Origin: an uncultured Fidelibacterota bacterium
GTDB taxonomy: Bacteria; Fidelibacterota; Marinisomatia; Marinisomatales; Marinisomataceae
Direction of reading: 5' to 3'
DNA: 64,000 nt
Assembly: GCA_902525615.1 (NCBI GenBank)
Contig: CABZHT010000001.1
Span: 50,813 to 114,812 of the forward strand
This document shows positions 28,198 through 37,240 of this stretch, piece after piece (within the stretch, counting starts at the first letter, position 1; every line of letters starts with the position of its first letter). The position numbers and the translations under genes were made by a program. A model generated the notes under the pieces. That model was not told where the DNA came from and did no database searches. It was given only the letters and a program-made list of their open reading frames with translations.

Positions 28198-30087
28198 CTA
28201 AAGCTCCACATCTTTTAAAGATTTTACTTCTAGAATTTTTTCCAGTTCATCCATCAAGAAGTTCATTTTTCTTGAAACTGCTTCAAATGGCTCACTTGTT
28301 GTCATATCTACTCCAGCCAAATTAAGTAATTCTACTGGATAATCTGAACTTCCGCTCGATAAAAAAGCAATGAATCCATCGATACCTGCTTGTCCTTCGT
28401 TTTGAACTCTCTCCGAAACTTTTTCACCAGCAGCAAATGAAGTTGCATAGGCATAAACATAATAGTTTCTGTAGAAATGAGGTATTCGAGCCCATGAAAA
28501 TGCTTCCTCTTCCGTAATTTGCATACTTGGACCCCAATATTTACTATAAATATCACCGAAAGTAGTAGTCAAAAAGTCTTCAGTGAGAATTTCACCTCTT
28601 TCAGCTGCTTCATGTATTTTTAATTCAAACTCAGCAAATCTAGCTTGTCTATAATATGTCGATCCAATGTCTTGAATATATTTCTGAATAAGAACTGCTC
28701 GTTCTTGGTCATTTTGAGCATTGGCCATTAGATAGTCCATTAGTAATGATTCAGTAGTAACAGATGCTACCTCAGCATTAAATGTATTATAACCGCTATA
28801 AACATATGGCTGATTTTTTTCACTTAAATAAGAGTGAAAAGCATGGCCGAGTTCATGCGCCAAAGTAAATACGTCATCTAATTTTCCAGAAAAATTGAGT
28901 TTCACATAAGGAGAAACTCCCCAAACTGAATATTGATAGGCTCCACTTTCTTTTCCTTGGTTTTCAAAAACATCGATAAGGTTTTCATTGTACATCATGT
29001 CAATAATTTCTTGAATTTCAGGACCAAGAGGCATCAACGCTTCTTTTACAATCTCTTGCGCTTCTTCATAAGTATAATCTCGAGAAAATTCAGATAAAGG
29101 TGCATATGTATCGAAAGGTTCAATCTTTTCCAATCCTAAATATTTAGCTTTAATTGAAGCCCACCTGTGCAATGGTTCTAAATTATCATTCACACTTGCA
29201 ATTAGATTCTTATAAACATCAGTAGAAATTCCAGCACTTTTAAGTCTAGCCTCTAAAGTATTATTATACCCTCTAACATTTGCATAAAAAACATTTTTTT
29301 CAACATTACCTTTCATTAAAACTGACATTGTGTTTATTGTATTACCAAAAGGAACATACAAAGCTTTATACATATCTTCTCTTACTCTTCGATTAGTAGA
29401 GCTTGTGTATTTTCCATATCTTCCCTCCGACATTGTAACTTCATTTCCAGACTCATCTTTAAATATTCCCCATTTGTAGTCTGTAGACTTCATTATTTCA
29501 TATGCCTCACTTGGAACACCGCTCATTTTACCAGTCATGGTTAATATTCTTTCTTCGTTTTCAGATAATGTATGAGGTTTATCAAGATACAAATCTTTAA
29601 AACTTTTTTCATATACCGCCAGCTTAGGTTCTGAATCCATAAAAGATTCAACTACTGAATAATCTTTCTCAAGCATCTCAGGTGCATAATATGAACTATA
29701 TTCTCCTGATTTAATAGCTGCGTTTCTAACCCTTTGATACATGGCTTGGTATTTCTCATTTTTTAAGTCCGTATTTAAAGAATTTGCTGAATAATGAAAT
29801 AATCTTCCAAATAGTTGGTTAATCTCTTCTGACAATTCAATCGCTTCTAATAAATTTGCAGAGCTTGATAAGAGTTTTCCTTTATAATCAGCAAACTTTG
29901 GTGAAAGCTCTTTAACCTTTTTTAAATCCTCCTCCCATGCCTCGTCAGATGGGTATACTTTGGTTAAGTCCCACTTATATTTGTCATCAATTTCTGATCT
30001 TAGTGGAACTGCAGAACTATTGGAAGTGTCATTTGGTGTACATGCCATAAACATGAAAATGTAAAAAATTAAAAGTCTAAAATACAT
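28198..30087 (-). CDS. pepF: Oligoendopeptidase F (M3B), lipoprotein form
   Basis: 629 aa. HELGH zinc motif. N-terminal signal with lipobox (FMAC). Confidence 0.9.
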   Translation of the reverse strand: MYFRLLIFYIFMFMACTPNDTSNSSAVPLRSEIDDKYKWDLTKVYPSDEAWEEDLKKVKELSPKFADYKGKLLSSSANLLEAIELSEEINQLFGRLFHYSANSLNTDLKNEKYQAMYQRVRNAAIKSGEYSSYYAPEMLEKDYSVVESFMDSEPKLAVYEKSFKDLYLDKPHTLSENEERILTMTGKMSGVPSEAYEIMKSTDYKWGIFKDESGNEVTMSEGRYGKYTSSTNRRVREDMYKALYVPFGNTINTMSVLMKGNVEKNVFYANVRGYNNTLEARLKSAGISTDVYKNLIASVNDNLEPLHRWASIKAKYLGLEKIEPFDTYAPLSEFSRDYTYEEAQEIVKEALMPLGPEIQEIIDMMYNENLIDVFENQGKESGAYQYSVWGVSPYVKLNFSGKLDDVFTLAHELGHAFHSYLSEKNQPYVYSGYNTFNAEVASVTTESLLMDYLMANAQNDQERAVLIQKYIQDIGSTYYRQARFAEFELKIHEAAERGEILTEDFLTTTFGDIYSKYWGPSMQITEEEAFSWARIPHFYRNYYVYAYATSFAAGEKVSERVQNEGQAGIDGFIAFLSSGSSDYPVELLNLAGVDMTTSEPFEAVSRKMNFLMDELEKILEVKSLKDVEL

Positions 30088-30148
30088 AGTAAATATTCCT
30101 TATTAGTTTAATGAGTAATAATTTCCAATTAGTATAATAAAAATTACG

Positions 30149-30946
30149 ATGAAAAAAAATTATAAAATTGGTATTGCATTGGGCGGTGGAGCTGCTAGAG
30201 GATATGCTCATATTGGAGTATTAAATGCAATTGATGAACTAAAGATACCAATATCATATGTTTCTGGAACGAGCATTGGGTCATTTATTGGTGCTTTGTA
30301 TGCCTCTGGAAATCTTAAAACATTCGAGCAAGAAGTAAGATCAAGAAATAGCTTTATGAAAGACGTACTTTTTAAACTTGATCCTATTTTTCCAAAACTA
30401 TCAATTATGAACGGAAATGAGGTTATTAAGATTTTTAAAGAATTAACCGATATAAGAACATTTGAAGAGCTTAATATACCCTTAACAACCGTAGCAACTG
30501 ACATCGTAAATAATGTAAAAATAGAATCAAACAAAGGGGATTTAATCAATGCTATTAAAGCAAGCATTGCTATTCCTGGAGTATTGACTCCAACGTACGT
30601 AAATGATAATCTTTGCGTTGATGGTGGATTAATTGATCCAGTACCATTACAGTCAATAATTGATATGGGATCAAATAGAACAATTGCTGTAAACCTTTAC
30701 GGTCTTCAAACCTCTAAAAAGAAAGACAGCAAATATAATATAGTTGATATTGTTGATAGGTCAGCTAAAATTATTCTTAATAATGTTACTCATCTTAGCT
30801 TTAAAAATAATGAACCTAATATTTTAATCGAACCTCCAATAGACCAGTTTTACGGATGGGATTTTCATAAAGCAAATGAACTGATTGATATTGGATATGA
30901 TACGGCTAAAGAAATTTTGAATGTAAATTCAGAGCTATTTATTTAA
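30149..30946 (+). CDS. Patatin-like phospholipase
   Basis: 265 aa. Oxyanion GGGAARG, nucleophile elbow GTSIGS, catalytic Asp in VDGGLID. Confidence 0.9.
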   Translation: MKKNYKIGIALGGGAARGYAHIGVLNAIDELKIPISYVSGTSIGSFIGALYASGNLKTFEQEVRSRNSFMKDVLFKLDPIFPKLSIMNGNEVIKIFKELTDIRTFEELNIPLTTVATDIVNNVKIESNKGDLINAIKASIAIPGVLTPTYVNDNLCVDGGLIDPVPLQSIIDMGSNRTIAVNLYGLQTSKKKDSKYNIVDIVDRSAKIILNNVTHLSFKNNEPNILIEPPIDQFYGWDFHKANELIDIGYDTAKEILNVNSELFI

Positions 30947-32056
30947 AACACTCTTTAAAGAATCAAGACAATAATCTACGCTCTCGCTTCTAGCATTGTG
31001 TCCCATTAAACCAATTCTCCATATTTTACCAGAAAATTTTCCTAAGCCTGCTCCAATTTCTAAATTAAAGTCATTCAGTAATTTTGTTCTAATTTCTAAA
31101 TCATCATATCCATCCGGGATATGAATAGAATTCATTTGCGGTAATCTATATTCTTTTTGTACTACAAAATCAAAAGACATCAAATCAAGACCTTCTTTTA
31201 ATCTAAAATGTGCATCAGAATGCCTTTTCCACAAATTTTCAAGGGTTTCATCACATGCTAGCTTTAAAGCTTCATGAAGAGCAAATATTGAGTTGATTGG
31301 AGCTGTATGATGATAGCTCCTCTTTCCTTTTCCACTCCAATAATCTAAAACTAAAGTTTGATCCAAGAACCAACTTTGAATCCTTGTGCTTCTATTTTTT
31401 ATTTTTTCAATTGCTTTATCAGAAAACGTTAGTGGAGATAATCCAGGGACACAAGACAAACACTTTTGACTGCCAGAATAAACTGCATCCAAACCCCATT
31501 CGTCTGTTAGAACTGGAATACCTGTAAAAGATGTCACAGTATCTGCAATCACCAAACAACCATATTTTTTGGAAATTTCAGCTATCTCTTTTGCATCACT
31601 TCTAACACCAGTTGATGTTTCGGCATGAACAAAGGCAACTACACTAGTATCAGGATTCTTTTTTAATGTATCTTCAAGCTTGTCTAAAGAAACTGGTGTA
31701 CCCCATTCGTCTTCAACCAAAATAGCCTTTCCACCAATTCTTTCAACATTCTCAACCATTCTTCCGCCAAAAAGACCATTAACACAAACAATTACCTTAT
31801 CTCCAGGCTCAACAAGATTTACAAAACTTGCTTCCATACCTGCGCTTCCAGGAGCAGAAATAGCAATAGTAAATTCATTTTTGGTTTGAAATAAATACCT
31901 AAGCATAGACTTTACTTCGTCCATCATTTCAACAAATTTTGGATCTAAATGTCCAACTTCAGGTCTTGTTAAGGCTTCTGATATCTCTGGATACAAGTTT
32001 GTAGGTCCAGCCCCTAGCAATCTTCTTTTCGGTGTTTGAAAAGAATTATATTTCAT
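30935..32056 (-). CDS. Class V aminotransferase (serine/alanine--glyoxylate aminotransferase family)
   Basis: 373 aa. PLP-lysine context YSGSQKCLS. AGXT/SGAT-like length and N-terminus (LLGAGPTN). Confidence 0.85.
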   Translation of the reverse strand: MKYNSFQTPKRRLLGAGPTNLYPEISEALTRPEVGHLDPKFVEMMDEVKSMLRYLFQTKNEFTIAISAPGSAGMEASFVNLVEPGDKVIVCVNGLFGGRMVENVERIGGKAILVEDEWGTPVSLDKLEDTLKKNPDTSVVAFVHAETSTGVRSDAKEIAEISKKYGCLVIADTVTSFTGIPVLTDEWGLDAVYSGSQKCLSCVPGLSPLTFSDKAIEKIKNRSTRIQSWFLDQTLVLDYWSGKGKRSYHHTAPINSIFALHEALKLACDETLENLWKRHSDAHFRLKEGLDLMSFDFVVQKEYRLPQMNSIHIPDGYDDLEIRTKLLNDFNLEIGAGLGKFSGKIWRIGLMGHNARSESVDYCLDSLKSVLNK

Positions 32057-32086
32057 TTTACCCCCGAATCTTCAATATAATTTAAA

Positions 32087-32701
32087 TTAATCTTGGATAA
32101 CTTCGCTTTTATCTTTCATGATAACTGTCATTTCAATTTTTTCTATAGGATTGTCATTCATATCTTTTTCAGAATTAACAATTAAATCTATCACCTCTTG
32201 ACCTTCGATAACTTTACCGAAAACAGTATAGTTTTTGTCAAGAAAAGGTGCATTATCATGACAAACAAAAAATTGACTAGAAGCACTATTTGGGTCGTTT
32301 GTACGAGCCATAGATAAAATCCCTTTAGTATGAGGAATATCGTTGAATTCAGCTGGAATTAACCAAGAATTTGGATCATTTTCATCTCCAAGTCCGAAAA
32401 ACTTACCTGCCCTGCCTCCAGTTCCGTGCAAAGCTCTATTATCTAATTTTGAATTTGGGTCTCCACCTTGAATGACAAAACCAGGTATAACTCTATGAAA
32501 CGTAGTTCCATTAAAATATTCTTCTTCTGCTAGAGTGATAAAACTCTCTACATGCATGGGCGCAACGTCAGGGTAAAATTCAACTACCATATCTCCATGC
32601 TTGGTAGAAATTATAGCCACTCTCTCTTCTGGTGTCATATTCATATAGAAAACTCCTATTAATATTAATATTACGGCTAGTACTAAAAATTTAGATTTCA
32701 T
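32087..32701 (-). CDS. Cyclophilin-type peptidyl-prolyl cis-trans isomerase (membrane-anchored/exported)
   Basis: 204 aa. FHRVIPGFVIQGGDP and SMARTNDPNSASSQFFV motifs. Confidence 0.95.
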   Translation of the reverse strand: MKSKFLVLAVILILIGVFYMNMTPEERVAIISTKHGDMVVEFYPDVAPMHVESFITLAEEEYFNGTTFHRVIPGFVIQGGDPNSKLDNRALHGTGGRAGKFFGLGDENDPNSWLIPAEFNDIPHTKGILSMARTNDPNSASSQFFVCHDNAPFLDKNYTVFGKVIEGQEVIDLIVNSEKDMNDNPIEKIEMTVIMKDKSEVIQD

Positions 32702-32730
32702 AATAGATAGTATAATTTAAGACAATAATT

Positions 32731-32765
32731 CTTTTTGTTGGGCAAAAATTATGCCCAACAAAAAG
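32731..32765 (-). terminator. 14-bp stem hairpin downstream of the 180-aa gene
   Basis: CTTTTTGTTGGGCA-aaaatta-TGCCCAACAAAAAG, 13 nt after the stop at 32778. The T-rich tract is clearer on the plus-strand side. Confidence 0.6.
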
Positions 32766-32777
32766 TTTTCTTTAGAT

Positions 32778-33320
32778 TTATTCAGATTCTTTGATTACTG
32801 GTCTAGACCATTGCTCAACTCCAGCTATCTTCAAGTTTTCATTGAAGTAAAAGAGTTCCATCAATTCTAGTTCAAGAACAGTTCCGTCTTTGAAACTATC
32901 TTTAACATAAGAACTAACAGTTACAGCTGCTCCGCCTGGTCTATTTTTAATTTTATTTGGTAAGATTGCCCATAACTTTCTTTCATGAGAAATACGTGAT
33001 TCTAAACGATTTTTAATCTCAGTATTTGTTAAAAAAGTTACGGAACCGTCTAAAGACCTGAACCACACTGAATCTGAGATAGCAGATGAAATTCCTTCAT
33101 AATCAAGTTCTTCAAAATCTTTGAAAAAATTTTCCAAAATTTCAACTTCACCATCATTAGAATAAACAAAAGGGTTTCCTCCATAAAGCTCAGTATTATT
33201 TCCTCCTCTACCGTAGAATTTTCCACCTTCAGAATATTCATTTGACGAAGAATTAACACATGAAAATAATAACATATTTGTACAAGCTATTGAAAGATAG
33301 ATTATATTTTTATTAAACAT
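32778..33320 (-). CDS. Hypothetical lipoprotein, one copy of a ~140-aa NTF2/SnoaL-like module
   Basis: 180 aa. Lipobox LFSC. Paralogous to both halves of the 324-aa neighbour (shared EGGKFxGR...PFVxSNxGEVExLExF...PxKIK...YFF). Confidence 0.4.
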   Translation of the reverse strand: MFNKNIIYLSIACTNMLLFSCVNSSSNEYSEGGKFYGRGGNNTELYGGNPFVYSNDGEVEILENFFKDFEELDYEGISSAISDSVWFRSLDGSVTFLTNTEIKNRLESRISHERKLWAILPNKIKNRPGGAAVTVSSYVKDSFKDGTVLELELMELFYFNENLKIAGVEQWSRPVIKESE

Positions 33321-33380
33321 TAAATACTCCTTTTTACAAAAAATTAATTCATGAATGTTAGGAAAAGATTTGATTTAGAT

Positions 33381-33414
33381 ATAGTTGCCATATATTTAAA
33401 TATATGGCAACTAT
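33381..33414. repeat. Perfect 34-bp palindrome
   Basis: ATAGTTGCCATATATTT|AAATATATGGCAACTAT, 15 nt downstream of the stop of the 324-aa gene. No clean U-tract on either strand. Confidence 0.9.
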
Positions 33415-33429
33415 AATGTCTTTCAACTT

Positions 33430-34404
33430 TTATTCTTCGGAGTTGTTATCAGACGATACTGGCTTAGCATACTGAGTTACAGAGCTAATTTTTCCATCTA
33501 AATCAAAGAAATATGTTTCAGAAACATCTGCTTCCCAAACATCTCCTTCTTTTGATTCAACTCTAGCAGTTGACCATACAATTAATCCAGATTGCGGATC
33601 AGTATCTTTGATTTTTACTGGAATCATTGCCCATGCATCCCAAGTTTGTGACTTTCTGCCTTCAAAAAGCTCTCTCATATCATCATGAGTTACTTCAGAG
33701 TCATTGAAAGTAAACGGATTAGTGAAATACTCTAAAGCTCCATCTATATCCATATTATTTGCCAACTCGAGAAAGGCTTCAAGTTTTTCTACCTCTCCTC
33801 TATTAGAAAATACAAAAGGTCTTCCAGACCAATCGTTATCAGGATTTCTTCCAACAAATTTTCCACCCTCTGGTAAGCCGTGAGTAGTAAACTCTGGATT
33901 AGGATTTGGTCTATACCATTGATTCCAACCACCTAACTTTCCTTCTTCATCAATATAGTAGATTTCAAAAAGATTATGTCTTTCTTTTTGTCCATTTTGA
34001 AATAATCTGTCTTCAACAGACCAAGTCAAAACTCGAGTAATATCATCACCCTTTAATTTTACAGGAAGCATTGAGAAAATATCCATATTAAGGGTTTCAA
34101 CCTCATTACCAAAATATTCAATCATGCCCTCTGACATATTTTCAACAAATTCATCTCTGTAAAGAGATTTCATGGCATTCCAATCTCTTGCATTGTATGC
34201 ATCTGTTGACTGCTGAACGATATCCATATATTTATCGTCTGCTAAAACGTATGCACTGCCATTAAGTTCATTGTCCTCACCAGGTTCAAATTTACCAGCA
34301 GATTCAACGCCTTCGTAATTAACTACTGGCGGTGATGCAAACATCACAAATAGTCCAGCTGCAACAAGCATTAATGTAGGTAATGAATCGTAATCTAATT
34401 TCAT
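33430..34404 (-). CDS. Membrane-anchored protein with two tandem NTF2/SnoaL-like modules
   Basis: 324 aa. N-terminal TM (LPTLMLVAAGLFVMFA). SnoaL-like stretch DIVQQSTDAYNARDWNAMKSLYRDEF. Strong SD (AGGAGG) upstream of the ATG. Confidence 0.4.
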   Translation of the reverse strand: MKLDYDSLPTLMLVAAGLFVMFASPPVVNYEGVESAGKFEPGEDNELNGSAYVLADDKYMDIVQQSTDAYNARDWNAMKSLYRDEFVENMSEGMIEYFGNEVETLNMDIFSMLPVKLKGDDITRVLTWSVEDRLFQNGQKERHNLFEIYYIDEEGKLGGWNQWYRPNPNPEFTTHGLPEGGKFVGRNPDNDWSGRPFVFSNRGEVEKLEAFLELANNMDIDGALEYFTNPFTFNDSEVTHDDMRELFEGRKSQTWDAWAMIPVKIKDTDPQSGLIVWSTARVESKEGDVWEADVSETYFFDLDGKISSVTQYAKPVSSDNNSEE

Positions 34405-34494
34405 ATTTTTACCTCCTTTTTTTGTTAATAATTAGAAAAATAAAGATTTTTTAGTTGAATTGTAAAAGGATATTTTTGACATGAAGTAAATTTG

Positions 34495-34567
34495 TGGAGC
34501 CGGTCGGGATCGAACCGACGACCTCGTGAATGCCATCCACGCGCTCTCCCAACTGAGCTACGGCCCC
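34495..34567 (-). tRNA. tRNA-Ala (anticodon GGC)
   Basis: Manual cloverleaf: acceptor GGGGCCG/CGGCTCC with the G3:U70 alanine identity pair, anticodon loop ATGGCAT, T arm GTCGG-TTCGATC-CCGAC, A73. CCA is not encoded. Confidence 0.95.
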
Positions 34568-34583
34568 TATATTGTTATAAGTT

Positions 34584-34620
34584 TAAAAAAAAGGGCTACA
34601 ATATTGTAGCCCTTTTTAAA
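34584..34620 (-). terminator. Bidirectional rho-independent terminator
   Basis: AAAAAGGGCTACA-atat-TGTAGCCCTTTTT flanked by A/T runs. About 20 nt downstream of the stop at 34641. Confidence 0.8.
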
Positions 34621-34640
34621 AAAATAAATGACGTTCAGGA

Positions 34641-35534
34641 TTATCCGCGCGAAACTTCGCTTCCTCCTTCACTTTCACCATCATTACCTCTTTTTCTACA
34701 ATTATCTCTCCAAGCCTGTTTCATTTCCTGAACAGAATTAACTGTAAGCGAGGATCCATCTTCAAACATTAAATCTACAGGGAAGACAACAAGAGGTCTT
34801 TTCTTTCTGCCTTCGTAAGATTCATAGAAAGCTTTCATTTTTTCTTCTAAATCTTCTTCATCTTCAGCAGTAAGAATTGAACCATCTGGCATTGTAAAGC
34901 TTACTGGGAAACCAAAAGTGAAGCATTTCTTATCATTTTGTTCACCTCTACAAGACTGAAACGCAGCTTTTAATTCTTCTTCAGAATTAATTTCTACTGA
35001 CTCTTCTTCTTCTTTATATTGAATTTGAATTGGATAAGTAAAATCAGGTTTCATTTTTACACCTGTTTCTTGATAATTTGTTTTTAATCTATCGCGAAGT
35101 TCTTTGTAATCATTTACTGTATAGACAGCTTCTTGATCTCCAAGAGTGAATGATAAAGGGAAAACATATTTAAAACATTTTTTGTTGTGTCTTTTTCTAT
35201 CATCCATTCCTTTTTTATTACCTAATTTTCTACCATCTTTAGCAAAGAAAATTTCGGTAACATCACCAGCATCAAGCGCCATATCTCCCATTGAAACTCG
35301 ATATCCATGCTCTGGAGAAATTTCAGCACTTATCAACATATAATCATAATATTCTGCTGCAACCACGAACCTAGAAGCTTGAGGAATGTCTTCGCCATCA
35401 ACTTCAAATTTATTTGGATCACTAGCGATCGCTTCAATAAGCTGTAAATCGGTCATTTCTTCCATATATGACATGTTATCATCACATGAAGTGACCATAA
35501 AAATTAGTGCAAATATTAATAGTAGTTTTTTCAT
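34641..35534 (-). CDS. Hypothetical lipoprotein with two tandem Cys-bracketed ~78-aa modules
   Basis: 297 aa. Lipobox VTSC. Modules KKCFKYVFPLSFTLGD...NSEEELKAAFQSC and KKCFTFGFPVSFTMPDG...NSVQEMKQAWRDNC. Confidence 0.5.
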   Translation of the reverse strand: MKKLLLIFALIFMVTSCDDNMSYMEEMTDLQLIEAIASDPNKFEVDGEDIPQASRFVVAAEYYDYMLISAEISPEHGYRVSMGDMALDAGDVTEIFFAKDGRKLGNKKGMDDRKRHNKKCFKYVFPLSFTLGDQEAVYTVNDYKELRDRLKTNYQETGVKMKPDFTYPIQIQYKEEEESVEINSEEELKAAFQSCRGEQNDKKCFTFGFPVSFTMPDGSILTAEDEEDLEEKMKAFYESYEGRKKRPLVVFPVDLMFEDGSSLTVNSVQEMKQAWRDNCRKRGNDGESEGGSEVSRG

Positions 35535-35562
35535 ATAACCCCTTAATTTTGTATTATGTAAT

Positions 35563-36090
35563 TTATCTTAATTTTTTCTTTCTGTCAAAATTTCTTTTTG
35601 AAATCTCTGAAGTTCTATTGGCGGCTCGTTTTGAAGCCTCAAACTTAATTCTTTCTTCTTGAAAAACTAACCTTGTTCTTTGTTCGTTACTTAATACGCT
35701 AGTAGTATTTTTCAAAAAATCAGATTCTAGTTTAGCTAACTCTTCCTTCATTTCAAGCTGATACTTTATTGCAGTATCTACGTCAAACTTTGATACATCC
35801 TTTGCTTTTGATCGCAGCTTACTTACCTTCTCGCGATATTGCTTTTGAGCTTCACGTACCAGGTCTTTATATTCTTTTTGCATTGGAAAAAACTGTTGCG
35901 CTTGTTCTGGTGATAAATCTAAATAATTGGTTTGAATACCAATCATAGTAGATTCTTTTTGATCTTGTAATTGCTCCATACGTTTTTTACGCATTTCCAT
36001 TTTTTCCATATCTTCTGCATTTTTACGTTGCATCTGACCTTGAGCAAAGACACTTGTTAAGAATATTGATAAAATAAGTAATTGTTTCAT
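35563..36090 (-). CDS. Periplasmic Spy/CpxP-like (LTxxQ-type) helical protein
   Basis: 175 aa with signal peptide. Highly charged helices with LSPEQAQQF and LSNEQRTRL motifs. Confidence 0.45.
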   Translation of the reverse strand: MKQLLILSIFLTSVFAQGQMQRKNAEDMEKMEMRKKRMEQLQDQKESTMIGIQTNYLDLSPEQAQQFFPMQKEYKDLVREAQKQYREKVSKLRSKAKDVSKFDVDTAIKYQLEMKEELAKLESDFLKNTTSVLSNEQRTRLVFQEERIKFEASKRAANRTSEISKRNFDRKKKLR

Positions 36091-36153
36091 GATTTCTCCT
36101 TTTTATTAATCATATGTACTTTTTTAAACACTGTTATTTAAAAAAAGTTTCAA

Positions 36154-36516
36154 TTAACCCTTTCTAGCATTCATAAATGACTTAACTGACATTATAAATC
36201 CAACAAGACATAAAACGAAAGTTGTAAACTGTTCAACGGTTGCTAAAGGCCTTTCTAACTCATTGCCACTTAAAAGATAACTAGCTAAATCAGAAACAGA
36301 TCCAAAAGTAGCTCCAATACCAAGAATTAATATTAGCACATTAACATGTGCAAAATGTTTATGAAATTTTGGAAAAGTTCTTCCTAAGAATAAAACAATC
36401 TGCATTAAAAACCCAAGTATTGAGGGAATGAGCGCAGTAAAAGTTATAGCAAAAGCATAAAATGCTATGCCTAAAATAATTAAACTGATACTAATTTTAT
36501 TAAAAATATTATCCAT
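36154..36516 (-). CDS. Small integral membrane protein (4 predicted TM), unknown function
   Basis: 120 aa with four hydrophobic segments. 10 nt downstream of tyrA. Confidence 0.45.
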   Translation of the reverse strand: MDNIFNKISISLIILGIAFYAFAITFTALIPSILGFLMQIVLFLGRTFPKFHKHFAHVNVLILILGIGATFGSVSDLASYLLSGNELERPLATVEQFTTFVLCLVGFIMSVKSFMNARKG

Positions 36517-36526
36517 AATGTTCCCC

Positions 36527-37240
36527 TTATTTTTCTATAATTTCGCTAATTTTTTTAAAACTTCCATTTAATTCCGAAATCATTTTTTCGGTATATGGAT
36601 TAAAATTTTGAATATCTTCAAATAATTCCCAGGTATCGTTACATGTTTGACTGACAAGCTTATGCAATGCTTTATAACCTTCTGTATCAATTCTAGTTTC
36701 ATTTGTTCCAAAATCATCAATTACTCTTCCAACAAAATGAGTTAATCCTTGTGATCTTGCAGCCATCATGTCATGCTCTTCAGCAGAAATTTCTTCAATT
36801 GTAATATTTTGACTTTCAAAATAGTTTTTCCAAAAATCATATCTTTCAAAATTATTTCTTACGGATTCCATTGTCATAACCGAACCACTATCTTTTAAGG
36901 AATCAGGACCAAATAATGGATGTGTTGCTATAATGTCTGTTTGAGTAGGCAAATTATCTTTCATCACTCTTTTTGGAAATACTTTTACGGAACAAACATC
37001 TATTAAAGTCTTTCCGCTTTCAATTTTATCTGAAATATTGATTATTAGCTCTTCAAAATCTCTAATAGGAACAGCAATGAAAATAGTATCATTTTTAAGA
37101 GCATCTCCTAGTGAAACTTCATTAATTTCTAAATTATTGATTCGATTTTTATCAAATACCTCAACTTCAAAACCTTTTGAGAGTAGTGCATGAAGCATTG
37201 CTCCAAATCTACCAAACCCTATAATGCTAACTTTGTTCAT
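36527..37240 (-). CDS. tyrA: Prephenate/arogenate dehydrogenase
   Basis: 237 aa. N-terminal Rossmann IIGFGRFG, HPLFGP, and HDxxxAxSQGLTH motifs. Confidence 0.85.
   Translation of the reverse strand: MNKVSIIGFGRFGAMLHALLSKGFEVEVFDKNRINNLEINEVSLGDALKNDTIFIAVPIRDFEELIINISDKIESGKTLIDVCSVKVFPKRVMKDNLPTQTDIIATHPLFGPDSLKDSGSVMTMESVRNNFERYDFWKNYFESQNITIEEISAEEHDMMAARSQGLTHFVGRVIDDFGTNETRIDTEGYKALHKLVSQTCNDTWELFEDIQNFNPYTEKMISELNGSFKKISEIIEK

Noticed and set aside
28332-28556. Same-strand alternative-frame ORFs inside larger genes (28332-28556, 33050-33259, 45717-45959, 52141-52521, 54170-54361, 62164-62361).
   Set aside because: They are embedded out of frame in genes with strong family motifs. There is no evidence for overlapping coding.
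34492-34731. 79-aa plus-strand ORF starting in tRNA-Ala.
   Set aside because: It is a translation of the antisense tRNA, the terminator and the antisense of the lipoprotein gene. Spurious.
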